A stretch of DNA of 64,000 nt from Lytechinus pictus. Lineage: Eukaryota. The translations under genes were made by a program, and so were the position numbers. The stretch's first letter is position 1. Each line of letters begins with the position of its first letter. Of the stretch, positions 1-13,174 are shown in pieces. The DNA is taken from positions 21,454,001-21,518,000 of the forward strand of contig NC_087250.1 of assembly GCF_037042905.1 (NCBI RefSeq), given 5' to 3'. The notes under the pieces are model-generated. The model was not told the DNA's origin, searched no databases, and was given only the letters and a program-made list of their open reading frames with translations.

Positions 1-138
1 CACAATGTGTAATTATTCGGTCCAAGGCAAATTGGATCGAATAAGAAGAAAAGGTTATAAATATTTTCTTACACTAGAAAAACAACGTACATTTAATTCT
101 ACTGTCCGAAGACTTTTAAACGAAGATGATATTATTAA

Positions 139-721
139 AGGAGAATGAAACTCTTGGAGCAAGTTAGCTTTTGTGAAAGCAGAAAAATCAAAGAATAAGA
201 TCAACAAAACTTTGAGTAAAATAGGACTAGCAATAAAAGAGTTATGAGCATTTGAATGTCGAGATCACTAATGCTATGGAGATCCTCCCATTGGCAATGC
301 GACCAAGATCTGTGATGTCACACACGTACAACTCTCCCATTTGGACACTGAAAATATACCCCAAAACATCTCTTTTTGCTCATTCTAATCATATGACAAA
401 CGATTCATCAATGATATAATGTTGTGAAACCTCTGTACTTGTCATCTCATAAAGAGAACACCTCACCTTGTGATAGACTCTATAAAAGTGAGAATATAAG
501 TGAAATAAGTACTAAAGTAATGAGGGAGTTGTACGTGTGTGATATCACAGATCTTGGTCGCATTGCCGTTGGGAGGATCTACATGGCACTAGTGATCTCA
601 ATATTCGAATGCTCATAACTTTCTTATTATTCATTCAATCTTCCTCAAACTTTCAACAATATGTTTCTTTGATTTTTCTCTTTGATATGGATTCAGCTGG
701 TTTCAAGGGTTTCATTCTCCT
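139..721. mobile_element. Non-autonomous DNA transposon (MITE), Kolobok-like, TTAA TSD
   Basis: TTAA at 135-138 and 722-725; TIR AGGAGAATGAAAC / GTTTCATTCTCCT; ~100-bp imperfect subterminal inverted repeat (about 240-335 vs 522-620). Confidence 0.85.
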
Positions 722-1267
722 TTAAAGACGGAAAGGATTTTTAATAAAACATGACACACGTTAACAGGCAGTTGTATAAAAAACAAAACGTAAACACAAC
801 AGATGAGAATGCAAATATTTTATTTTAAACAAGAGGACATAGATTATCTGAATCTTCCGCCAAGTCATGTGATGGGCTCATCACTGAGCATGAGCGTAAG
901 AAAGTATTGACGGAAATTAATGTGGAAAGATCTTAAAGATCTTATCCTTTCGTAGTTTACATTCAATGGGTTATCATTATTGTGTAGTATTTATTTTGCC
1001 TTTTCAAATGTTCTGGTTCGTTATACATCAATGAGGTTTACGTCGTGTTCTGTTTTTGTCTGCTTGTCTGACCATTCTACTTAGTGTATTCAGATCTTTC
1101 TTGCCACAGCTTGTGTACCAAACCACACAATGAAATATGACGATGCTCTCATTGAGTGAGTGGAATTACTTCAATTTTCTTATCCGTTGCATTGCTTTCT
1201 TGTGAATTGAATTGCTCTAATCTCCCCACTTTAAACAATCGTCAATATGGTACCTAGGTATTTTAAC

Positions 1268-2235
1268 TTATGAACTATTTCAATTCCCTCTTCATTGATT
1301 CTCTTCAATGAGGTGACATTTGACGAAATTGATTAAGATGATAAAATGTGCAGTTACCTTGGGTATAGAAAAACAAAATCGAGAATGAAATTTTGCAAAA
1401 TACTGTTTTCAGCGTTTGTTTTGATTAAATGCACCAAACTCGACTAAAATTTAAGATCTACGTAATCTTAAAAATCTACGTAATCTTAAAAAGCATCAGA
1501 ATCGAAAGGTCTAAAATTGTATGGAAACGCGTTTTACCATCCGGGGACATTGGAAAAAATGAAATATTTCGTGATGTAATACTATTAATTCATACGTCGA
1601 TACTGGAGAACAACGAAAATGGGATTTTATGAATTATTTCGATGTCCTCTTCACTGATACTCTTCAATTAGGTGACCTTTGACGAAATTCATTAAGATGA
1701 TGAAATTGCAGTTACCTTGGATATAGGACGTTTTCAACGTTCGTTGTTATTAAATTCACTTCACCAACATGTAAGTCTACATTAGATAATTAATACAATT
1801 AAGATACTAACAAATGTTGATGATAAACCTTTACAAGGAATATATTGCAATTTAAAGTTTTGTTTTGTTTTGTTTTTCCTTCTTAACTGTGCATTTTGTA
1901 ATATTTGTGGGTCCAGGCTCGATTAGCACTTGTGCTATTTTGTGGTCCCATTTACCATCGTATTTTTATACATGTACATGTGTAACTGATGTGCAATTTG
2001 CTTCTTAACATGTGAATATTGTTGGTAAAGAAATCAAATAAAAATGCATCAAATTCGACTAAAGTCAGAGATCTACGTAATCTTAAAAGACATCAGAATG
2101 GAAAGGTCTAAAATTTTATGGAAATGATTTTTAATAACGGCACAATTCGGGTACATTGGACAAATTTAAATATTTCGAGATGTAACACTATTAGTTCATA
2201 AGTCGATAATGGAGGGCAACAAAAATTTGATATAC
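1268..2235 (+). repeat. Diverged local tandem duplication (~360-bp unit); second copy interrupted by an AT-rich insert
   Basis: 1268-1630 and 1630-2235 share TCTTCAAT-AGGTGAC-TTTGACGAAATT-ATTAAGATGAT and GATCTACGTAATCTTAAAA...CATCAGAAT-GAAAGGTCTAAAATT. Confidence 0.75.
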
Positions 2236-3407
2236 AGGTATGCGTTCCTGGGTTTCATGAGGGCGCTGTTGTACGGTTTTCTCAGGGGGGTGAAACTCCG
2301 CTTCTGCATCCGGTTAGACATGGGGAAATTTTGGAAGGTCAAAAGTGCACACTGCTCCCATTTTTCGCGTACAAGCCTATGGACACCGCAACTTCATGGC
2401 ACACCAGCGAAACGGAGGCGTGGTCAGAATTGGCCTGCGCGCACAGCGTAAAAATATGCAAATAAGTATATTGTCACTAATCAGCATAATGCGCGACGTG
2501 ATTGAATATGAAATGAATTCATAGAGCATGCGATTAATATGGTTGGATAATTGGTTCGTTGGTTGGTAGATTATGTCATTCATTTCCCCGATGTTTTCAT
2601 CTTTCATTGCTTACATATTTTTTTCTTATTATCCGTCGCAATTATTACTACATCAATTAATACAAATTTTTATTTGGAATATAAGCTATTTCCCTGGAAG
2701 ACATGGAATGGAAGCCTGCAAGGGATTCATTGATAGGGCTGAACTAAGGGGTCTGATTGTTCTGTTCATCACTGCATATCATTTATTTTCATTACACATC
2801 ATGAAGATCCATGATTATTTGTATGTTTGTTTGTTTGTTTTTTTTTTTTTTTTTGGGGGGGGGGGGCGGTTAAATGCTTAACTTACCAAAGATATCTGAG
2901 CAAGAGAGCATATCAATCAGAAGGTCATTTTGTCTTTATTTTGAAATTGAAATGAACAATCTGGTGCAAATCTTACAAAGATTTTTTAAAAATCTGAGTT
3001 TGGGATGGGAGCAAAAGACAGCCCAGTACCCCCCCCCCCCCCTGCATGAATTAGCTCTCATCAAGGCTATCTTATAAAGGTCCCTTCCAAACAAAATAAA
3101 ATGTTTGTACCTGCCCGTCCCCAAAATATATCAATCCTCCCCCCCCCCCCTCTCTCTTCCACACACACACACATACCAGCATACCACATGATTGTGCGAG
3201 CAAACAATTATTCTCATGTCATTTCTATTTCTATCCCACTCTTAAATCAAACTCATTTATCTCTTCAGGAAGAATATTTAATTTTGCTGTGCCTGATCAC
3301 AGTATGCCATGTTGCAATGGCTTTTATTGGCTATCTTGCCATGCATGGTATTTTGATACTTTGATACTCTTACCTGTTGTACCGTCTAGTATTATACCTG
3401 ACAAACA

Positions 3408-3535
3408 AAATCAATCAATCAACCAACCAATCAATCAACCAATCAACCACCCAACCAATCAATCAATCAATCAATCAACCAACCAACCAACCACCCAACC
3501 AACCAACCAACCCCAACCAATCAATCAATCAATCA
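3408..3535 (+). repeat. (CAAT/CAAC)n microsatellite
   Basis: Direct tetranucleotide repeats. Confidence 0.95.
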
Positions 3536-3968
3536 GTACCACCATCATATTCCAGACATATAGAAGTATTCTTCATTATCATCACCATCATCTAAATAGT
3601 GCCATTTCATCACAACACAGTTTGGTAGCAATGACATCATCATCACATATATTTCATGCAATATGAATTGGTGGATTAAATAAATCACAAATATCAAAAT
3701 TAGAAAGTATATTTCAAAATAAAATGTTTATTAAGGAATCAATTTTCAAATACGTGATTAAAATATTCCTATCCTTTTTTTCTTGCCAAAGCATCACATA
3801 ATATCAGCAAAATGCATATAATGAATGCAACAGAAATTGCAAGGCTGTTACAAGGGAAGGGATGTAATATTTTTGTAAAATCTAGAGAAAAAAAAATTTG
3901 TATTCACTTTCATGAGTATTGATAAGCCTTATATAGTCAATATAAGGGGGCATCAAGGGTGTCATTAA

Positions 3969-4571
3969 AGGACAAGTCCACCCCAACAAAAAGTTGATTT
4001 GAATAAAAAGAGAAAAATCCAACGAGCATAACACTGAAAATTTCATCAAAATCGGATGTAAAATAAGAAAGTTATGACATTTTAAAGTTTTGCTTCATTT
4101 CACAAAACAGTTATATGCACATCTCGGTCGGTATGCAAATGAGGGAACTGATGACATCACTCACTCACTATTTCTTTTGTATTTTATTATATGAAATATG
4201 AAATATTTTGATTTTCTCGTCATTGTCATGTGAAATGAAGTTTCATTCCTCCCTGAACACGTGGAATTCCATTCTTTTAACATTTTGTGCTTCAGGCAAG
4301 GAGGTCTTAATCGTCAAATTCGTAAAAATTGAAATATTGTATAATTCAAACAATAAAAAACAAAAGAAATAGTGAGTGAGTGACATCATCGACTCTCTCA
4401 TTTGGAAGTAACTGGCTCGTTCATATAAATATTTTGTTAAAAATAAGCGAAACTTTGAAATGTCATAACTTTCTTATTTTACATCCGATTTTGATGAAAT
4501 TTTCAGCATTGTGCTTGTCTGATTTTTACCTATTTATTCAGATCAACATTTTTCTGAGGTGGACTTGACCT
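3969..4571. mobile_element. Kolobok-like MITE, TTAA TSD
   Basis: TTAA at 3965-3968 and 4572-4575; TIR AGGACAAGTCCACC / GGTGGACTTGACCT; long imperfect inverted arms. Degenerate relatives at about 8915-9450 and 29818-29905. Confidence 0.85.
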
Positions 4572-4968
4572 TTAAAGAAAGATTAACGATATACCTCTCT
4601 CTCAAAGTCGGTTACTCAAATATCAAGTCATTTTTAAAGCATTTACTGACAAGAAATAGTATGCTAATCTAATCAAGGGCACTTCACAAAAAAGGGGAGC
4701 ACATTGCCACATTTCTCTAAAGAGTGCCTTTCCAAATCTGCACATCAGTATATCAGTAACAAAATTACTAATTGTCTATTTGTTGTGAAGTGCTGCTAGA
4801 GCTGTGTTCTATTTGCAACATTTTTTTTTCCAGAGCTAATTTAGTTCATAATACGGGATATGGACAATACAGTGTTACAAGAACAACAAGAGATTAAAAC
4901 CGAACAAAATAGTACAACTTTTCACTTCCCCAAAAAATAAATTCAACATCCTAATGTTTAGCACTACA

Positions 4969-5128
4969 GGTCCTTGTTTCATAAAGACTTCAATTATGGT
5001 AAATTTGCCCCGATTGTAACTAGCAACTAACATGGGAACCTCAATGCTGATCTGTTACTTTAATGTTTCCATGGTAATTACCAGAATGGCAAAGTTATAG
5101 TGGTAAGTCTTAATGAAATGGGGTCCAG
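4969..5128. mobile_element. Short PIF/Harbinger-like MITE
   Basis: Ends GGTCCTTGTTTCAT...ATGAAATGGGGTCC; internal sequence resembles the GGGCCCGTTTC...GAAACGGGCCC element at 12529-12694. Confidence 0.55.
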
Positions 5129-5529
5129 AAGTGACAGTGACCTCTTTTAAAATCCTTTGTTCTCTCACCTTTTTTTTATTATGCAAAATTTTCAATGAAA
5201 ATCCATTATTTCCATTCCCAATTTCCAATCCATTATTTGTCTTATGTATGTCTGTAGGCATGTATGTTGATTGTTGAATAACCCAGAGCTCAGTAATAAT
5301 AATAACAATAATAATATAGGTATATTTACCCAGGGTAGCCACTTCAGTTTCGAAAACTGTTCTACCAGCGGGCTCTGCTATTATTATTAAAGACCCATTC
5401 TAAATTTATTATATTACCAGAATACAACCTATCCTTTTCAAACTACTTATGTCATTAAAGTTCTTTCATTACTATAAGTATTACATTTAGATGATTAGAA
5501 CATTAACAGATGTGGAGTTCAAGCAACAA

Positions 5530-7911
5530 TCAATATGTATCAAGTTGACACATTTATTAAAATTGGTTCAATTCTTAAAATGTGTAATTGCGATGAAGAA
5601 CTACTTGTTACAAAACTTGGCCTACATATTTCTGCTCAATCTGCCCTTGTGATACTCAAACAGCCTGCGAAACCTGCATGGTAAACAAAAAGAGAAAATA
5701 ACAAAATAAGCTGCTGATATAAATTATTCTTACTCTTCTAGTCCAGTTTATTAAGAAGTTTTAAACTTTTTATTATTCTTCCACGCAATATTCTTTAGAT
5801 AATGCACATGTAGAATTTTTTTCTACTATAGCCAGATAAAAATCATAGATCAGTATTCATTTATGACTAAATGTGCAAACTCATTCAAATATATATCATA
5901 AGATTACTCTCAATATTTTGTCCTTTTTTATTTGTATACAGAGTAACTGACTTTTAAAGTTATTTATGTATGACTAATATAGATAAAAGATATGGACAAT
6001 AAGTATGCATTGATGATAATGGAAATACTGAATCTAAATAAATATGAACTCTCAATTTAGCTTTACTATATGGGATAACACAATGCAGAAAAAAAAAAGT
6101 TGCTATAGCCCCCCCCCCCCCCCCCCCCAAGGAAATAGGGGCCTTTTCAAACAAAAACAAGCATACCTTGCAAGTTTTCAGTTCAGATATCCTGTTCCTC
6201 ATCAGATTGTAACTCTTGGTGATAAGCAAATGGTAGTTGACTTTGTACTTCTGACTGGGCAGGGACTGCTAAGAACTTGATCCCATTGGATCTGCAATTT
6301 AAAATACACACAATACTTTACAGTTTAGAATTTTAGAAGTGATAAACAAAATTCCTCTTTTTAATTTTTTTTCTTCAAAATTTCCAGCTAGTCATATCCT
6401 AAGCCTATGAATATTCCCAACTAGAAAAAAAGCTGGTCTAGACCCAAAGCTTCCTTCTCTCTATATCATGTTCTACTGAAATAGGCATACCTGGCTGTTT
6501 CCACTGACCATCTTCATTGTTAACAAGAGTCAGTAAATGGTTCAAGCATACATGGCCTACTATAGCGAAGCCTTTTGTCAATCTTCAAGATAATGTATAT
6601 ACACCAAGCCAGCTTTGACAGATGTAGGATAATTATTATTTGTATGGTAATTTGGCTCTCGCTTATTCACCAGTGCGAGACAATTATTTATTTTCTTGCA
6701 CTATAGTATAGACATGTGAATCTCTACGTCTAAGTGATTTCCTCTTTAAGTTTGATTTTGGTTTTAAAAAATGAAAATAAAAAAAGGTTAGCTTGCTCGC
6801 AAGTTTAAACGACCCTTTACCTTTTACCATAAATACGGTCAAGTGAGGACAAATAAAAACAAATTGGATCAGCCCCTTTCTCTGCTTATTCTGATAAAAT
6901 TAAAAATGGGGCACTTTAAATTTTCTCAACCCTTCCAATAAAAATTGCACACTCATGTTAGCCTATACGATAATACAGCAGTTTGAAACCAGTTAAAGAA
7001 ATGTTGGCCCAAACAAAATAAGAATCATTTAACTCCGTTATATTTAGGCTAATCACATAATTTAAGTCCAACGGTCCAGGCAGGGACTAGACTAATAAAG
7101 GGGTTAACTTCAATCTTCGTAGAAAAAGTCAAACCAGACAAATCTAGAATTTCATTTTCAGAAATCTAGATCTAAGTTAAACCTATCTCAGGGCCTTACT
7201 TAGTTACTTTTAGTTTTAGTAAAAAAAAGACCAATGTTTTAATCTATCTCAAATCATTCCATGACCATGTCCATGGCACTTGGCAGTATCTACCAATATC
7301 ATTCCGAATAAAATAGAATTTAGGGGCCGAGCCCTAAGTTAGGCCTTACTTAGTTAGAATGTGAAATAGCGGTGTAAAAAAATCAGTAGGCCCAGGCCTA
7401 ACTTTTAACTTCAAAGTTCATCTCTAACTTTAGCTTGTTTGACACCAAGTCCCAACACCTATACAACGGCAATTTCGCAGCCGGCTGGCACCGGCGGTAC
7501 CGAAGGCTGTATCCCGCTCTGACTATTTGGCTTAGATTTGATGCAGCTTTGCCCGTTACTGAACAAGTCCACATCTACCCCTGATAGTGATAGAACTGAA
7601 ATACAGATTTAATAAGGACACACATGAAGCATTCCAATTAACCAACTTAGCTCTACGAAAAACTGCATTACTTTTTGAGAAAATATGTCAGTAAGAGCTC
7701 AGATTTATTTGGGATCAGGAAATAGAAATGGAAATATGGAAATTGGTTTACGGTACGCAGTACGTAAAGGCCCTGACTGCGACGCCGAACCCCAGCAAAC
7801 ACATTACAATTACAATTGAGATCAAAGCACGAAATTGAACTTAACTTACTTTTATTTGTATAGAATACCATTACTTTGATGTCGATGTTCCCTCAAAGAT
7901 TTTCTGCTCAA
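5530..7911 (-). ncRNA. Putative spliced transcript with no long ORF (lncRNA or small-ORF gene); candidate exons ending at 7850, starting at 7595, ending at 6491, 6291-6167, and 5673-~5530
   Basis: Minus-strand donors GTAAGT (7849-7844), CAG|GTATGC (6490), AAG|GTATGC (6166); polypyrimidine-CAG acceptors before 7595, 6291 and 5673; AATAAA at 5558-5553. Exon 6291-6167 has stops in all three frames. Confidence 0.4.
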
Positions 7912-8124
7912 CTGAATTTCACTCAGAAATCATGATTCCTGACACTAATTCTATAATCAGATAATTAGTCTTGCTATTGTATTTCAAAAAGTTGAATTTC
8001 GCAGAGTCAAAAAGAACGACACTTCGCACAGATATCGTAGGGAATTGTGGGACGGGGACAAATGTTTAATGCATGAGGACATGAATAAAACATTAGCGTT
8101 TTATCCAATCATACAAGTGCATTA

Positions 8125-8215
8125 TGCGTATTTTGACGTCATTACTCATGAATTAAACATTGACCTTCCAAAATCAACCTTCAAATTGGCCAAATGGCAG
8201 CCATGTTTGTTATGT
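8125..8215. promoter_or_regulatory. Possible promoter elements (CRE TGACGTCA; YY1-like AACATGGCTGCC on the minus strand) in a relatively CpG-rich stretch
   Basis: TTTTGACGTCATT near 8130-8142; CAAATGGCAGCCATGTTTG near 8191-8209; just upstream of the putative minus-strand transcript. Confidence 0.3.
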
Positions 8216-10541
8216 ACAAAACCTATGGAAAATCAAAAACGCGCGAAAAGAGTTCCCTCTCTAGCTCCCTTCGGGAGCTTACGTATACGTAAGATCGTAT
8301 CTCTGTGGGTTTTCTACGCGCTATCCTCGACGCGTTCTTCATAACTAGGATCATCCACTAACTAATTCACATGCAGCCGTCAATATTCAGCTAGTGACGC
8401 AAATACAAGTACAGGACGTATACGCTGCTTCTGGCTGCTGGCGTAACTTCACTCCCAAGGAAGCTAGCCAACCAACATGACCAAGATCTTTGAATAGCAG
8501 ACGCAGCGTACGCTAATTGACAACCCTTAGAGCTCGGACATTCAGAGAGGGAATCTGCATAAACGTCGTATAACGTTTTTCAATGGGCAGCTAGTGTCAT
8601 GTGCAAGCGTAAACTTATCTCCATCAGCGGCCTCTTAAAACCTTTAAATGTAAATTGTATTAAACTATCGCCTTCAAAAAACGAAACTTCTCCACTTTTT
8701 TATGTGTATTTCGTAATTAAATACCTAAATTTAGCTAAATAGTTGAGCTTACATAGTTGGCAAGAGAATGAATAAATAAAGATATAAAGCTACCTAGCGG
8801 GTCGTGGTGCCATATATTTAAAAGAACTTCTCTTTCCTGGTACTTTTCACGTGTCACAGGCTAAGATATTTGATGACTAAATGTAATGCCATTATTTTCT
8901 ATGACATCCATATCTAAGGATGGGTCCATCCCAACGAAAAGTTGTTTTGAACAAAGAGGAGAAATTCCAACAAGCCACACTGGATTTTCATCAAAATCGA
9001 TTGTAAAAAGGAGAATTATGACATTTTGCTTAATTTTACAAAACAGTTATATGCACATCCTGGTCGGTATGCAAAAGAGGGGACTGATGACATCACTCTC
9101 TTTTGTATATCATTATATGAAATATTGAATATTCTAATCAGCAGAATATTATAATTTCTCATTTTATCCTCAATGGTATAACTGATGTTCTTCCTCCATT
9201 ATCATGGGGGATTGCAAAAGTTTTAACACATTATCTTTCAATCAAGCTGGTCATTATCAAATCTGTAAAACATGAAATATTGTATGATTGAAAAAATGAA
9301 AAAAACACAATACAATAGTGAGTGGGGACATCATCAACTCTCATTTCCGTGTTGCTGAGTTGTGCATTTAAATCTTTTGTGAAAAATAAGCGAAACTCTA
9401 AGATGTCATAACTTTTTTTTATTTTACATCCGATGTTTATGAAAATTTCGTCTTCCATGAGCGGAAGTGAAGTGATTTGTATATATTGAAGTTACGATAC
9501 GTACACGTAATTCATTGATTTTTTTTTTATTTTACGTCATATATTGAAGTTGCTCCTATATGATATCAATTCTTTTTTTTTCTAAAGATTTCCTTTCAAA
9601 ATCTTTGATCCATTTTCCTAAGGACTTTACCAATAATCTCGAACTATTTTTTATTTTACGTACAACTTTTTCTCGGGGTGAATCGTCCATGTAAACGTTG
9701 TACTGTCTCAGTTTGTAACCGAATGGAGGAAAATGCTATGCCAAATAACTCGCGTCTTCACCACAACTTCACCCCTCTTCCTCATCGTCTCCCCCTCTCT
9801 ATCTTTATTTTCCCTCTTATCCCTTCATCGTTTTATGCCCAGGCCTATTTATTTATTTATCTATCTATCTATTTTCCCTCTCCCTTTCCCAATCATTTTA
9901 CTTTGTATCCCCTCTCTAGGGGCGGATCCAGCCTTCGCCAATAGGGGGGGGGGGCGGAATTATTTTTCAGCCATATTTTCCCCGATCGGCCGCTCGAAGA
10001 TGATTTGTTGTTTGTTTCTTTGAAGGTGGTAGTCCTATAAGTCACTTTTTAGCTTTAGTCTTTAAATCAACATAAATATGTAATGTCACAATCCTTGTTT
10101 TATAATGCGAGCGCGAAGCGCGAGCAAATTTTTTTTTTGAAATTGTATGTAGTTTTTCCTCAAATTTGAACATTCTGAAAAAAAATATGTGCCTGCAATA
10201 ATTACTACGAACGCGAAGCGCGAGCAGAAATGTTTGATACAAGTTTTGAACTGATCGGAAAGGAAGGTCTACCTGTTTAAGACTGCTTGCAGTTTATAGC
10301 CATGAAGAAGTTATATATTTCAACAATCCAATAATGCGAGCGCGAAGCGCGAGCTGAAAAATTTTGACATTTCTACATAAAGAATGGAAAATTTCAATCA
10401 AGTTTTGTAATCATGAACAGGATAGCTATATAACTAAACAATTGATGCGGGCGCGAAGCGCGAGCGGAAAATTATAGTTTTAGACCTAGAACGGGACACT
10501 CTATTCATGTTTTGTAAATCATGAAAAGGATGAGTAAGAGG

Positions 10542-10601
10542 CAGTGGCGTACCTAGGATTTTTCACAGGGGGGGCAAAATTGGCCGCCCAAAAATTTGAC
10601 A

Positions 10602-10653
<52 letters not shown>

Positions 10654-10784
10654 GTCATCAATACAAAATAAAGATTTTCGTACCAGAAAAAATTTGACAA
10701 GCAAAAAAAAAAAAAAAAAAAAAAAGAAAAAAAAAGGGGTCATCAATACAAAATAAAGATTTTCGTACCAGAAAAAATTTGACA

Positions 10785-10832
<48 letters not shown>

Positions 10833-10894
10833 TCTTCAAAATCTCGTCAGGGGGGGCAGAGTGCCCCCCTGCCCCCCCCGTAGGTACGCTAGTG
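10542..10894. mobile_element. hAT-like MITE with 8-bp TSD GTAAGAGG and three internal poly(A) units
   Basis: TSD 10534-10541 and 10895-10902; TIR CAGTGGCGTACCTA / TAGGTACGCTAGTG. Confidence 0.9.
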
Positions 10895-12528
10895 GTAAGA
10901 GGGGATCTTCCTACATTAATAATAAGAGCGCAAAACGCGAGCAGAAAATGTCTGTATACGTCTAAAACTGATCGAAAAGTGCTTTTTAAGGGCTGCTTGC
11001 CCTTAGCCATGAAGACGTTACATATTTCAACAATCAAATAATGCGAGCGCGAAGTGCGATTGGAAAAATTCGAGATTTAGACCTAGAACGGGACACTCTA
11101 TTCATGTTTTGTAAATCGTGAAAGGGATGAGAAAGGGGGGATCTTCCTACATTAATAATTCGAGCAAAAAGGGCGAGCAGAAAATGTTGATAATGTGATC
11201 TGAAACTGGATAACTGAATGAACATGTGCGCGCGTGTTTCAGATTTAGACCTAGAATCTAGGCATTCTAGATACACCCTTTTTCATGAAAATAAAAGCGA
11301 GCACGAAGCGCGAGCTTAAAATATTTGATATTCCGATCTGAAAAAGGGGGTAAATTTCAGCTTTATATTTCAAACACTTTGTAGGAAAATTGTAAAATGG
11401 ATATAAATCGCACTTGATAAAGAGCTGATATTTTTCATTATTATTTTGAGTTTGAGACATAGGACCGTGACATCCTTAGGACATGTTATCACATGAATAT
11501 GATGACTATAAATCTTCCTATTCATCTTGCTAAGCGCGAGATTAAACAAAAGGGACAATTTAATTATCAAATTGATATCTTATTTATTAATGCATAATGA
11601 GGGCGCGGAAACAAATGATATTATGGCCGGAACACTGTACATTTCAAGCACTTTTCTATTATAAATAGGGTGCATCAGTAATCAGTTGATATATTTTTAA
11701 CCATTAATGCGAGCGCAAATCGCGAGCCGAAATTTTTGATAAACTGCCATGAAAAGGGGATTTTAACTGTTTAAGTAGTTTGTTATATAATTAATATTGA
11801 GACAAACATAACCCGCCAATCAAAATGCAAGCATTTTCATTATAATTACTTTGAGTTTTGACATAGGACCGGTACATCCTTAGGACATGTAGGACATGCA
11901 GTGGCAGGACGTGACCCGGAGGAGACAAACAATTGGAGGGGCACAGCATTATTCACAAACAATACAGTGCCCCTTTTTAAGTTAATGGACAGAATTGCAT
12001 TAGACTAAATGAATGTAGATCGACCCTGCAGTGGAGGAATTAGCAGCAGACGAATTGGTTTCAACCCGCATACCGCTCAGGCAGGCAAAACAAATTCACG
12101 ACGAAATTGGCGACGAAATTCACGACGTCGTGAATTTCGTCGTGAATATTCAAATTGACGACGAAATTGACGACGAAATTGGCGACGTCGTGAATTTCGT
12201 CGCCAATTTCGTCGTGAATATTCGCGGTTTGGTCTATTTGCGATGTCCCTTCAGGGCCACCATAGGAAAATGTATGCCAAATAACGTGCGTCTTCACCAC
12301 AACCTCACCCCCTCTCTCTTTATTTCCCCTCTCATCCCTCCACCCTTTCATGTCTAGGCCTATTTGTTTACCTATCTATCTATTTTCCCTCTCCCTTTCC
12401 CAATCATTTTACTTTGTATCTCATCTTTATTGTTCTGTCCTTTGGAGTATATAATAACAAACATATTCCGTAATCTACTGATGAATATATTTGAAATCCA
12501 ACAGTGCAGCCTGAGTTTGAAAGGAGCT

Positions 12529-12694
12529 GGGCCCGTTTCTTCACCCTGTTTACCGGACTTAAACAGTTGTAACTTTATCATTATGACAACTGCCAGTATA
12601 ACATGGCTCTGCGGTCAATCCCAATTAATGTAACCATGGTCATGATGGCCATACTTGAAAAGTTACCATAGTTATGTCTTTACGAAACGGGCCC
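12529..12694. mobile_element. PIF/Harbinger-like MITE (paralogous copies near 14187, 18986 and 25121)
   Basis: TIR GGGCCCGTTTC / GAAACGGGCCC. Confidence 0.7.
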
Positions 12695-12970
12695 CGGATG
12701 TTAGCAACGATGACACCCTAATTGTTATTCCCTCTCTATCTTTCTTTGTCGTTTCTTCCCTTGTGGTATAGTAGCAATTTACAAACTTACTCTGATTTAT
12801 ACTTACTTCTTTATGTATTGGAAATCCAACAGTTCTCGCAGCCTCCTTTGTAATAATGTGCGGCGGGCACAATAGACAACCACGGACCATGAAAACGAAG
12901 CAAACTCACACTAGCATGACTAGGGTGGTTACAAAACCACATAATGTAGTTGAAATTGACCAGTCATTCG

Positions 12971-13174
12971 ACAATATTTATTTTTATCATGTACAATGTA
13001 ACTTATATCTGTTCAAATGTTTGTACATGTATTTATTATTTTGTTCATGATTTATAATTTATTGTTTTATGTTTTTCAATTTTTATGTACGGACTTGCTG
13101 AAAAACAGCCTTGCGGCTGATAGCAGGTTTTTTTTATCCCGTATTTAAATAAATAAAACATACATACATACAAT
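12971..13174 (+). mobile_element. 5'-truncated retroposon 3' end with AATAAA and (ACAT)n tail (also 19428-19631)
   Basis: Flanked by ACAAT; absent from the paralog at 26417 (CATTCGACAATTGATT). Confidence 0.7.

Noticed and set aside
3289..3666. Q/N/P-rich ORFs
   Set aside because: Translations of the (CAAT/CAAC)n microsatellite.
10519..11037. Poly-F and poly-K ORFs
   Set aside because: Poly(A) tracts inside a MITE.
12093..12226. CRISPR-like array
   Set aside because: Units are 12 bp, contiguous and inverted, with no unique spacers; no cas genes; eukaryotic context.
12031..12357. Repeated ORF MEELAADELV...DEIHDV (also 15499-15732 and 18499-18813) as a gene family
   Set aside because: Arises from stop-free 12-bp palindromic repeats in a transposon arm, starts at GTG, is open on both strands and runs across the element boundary.
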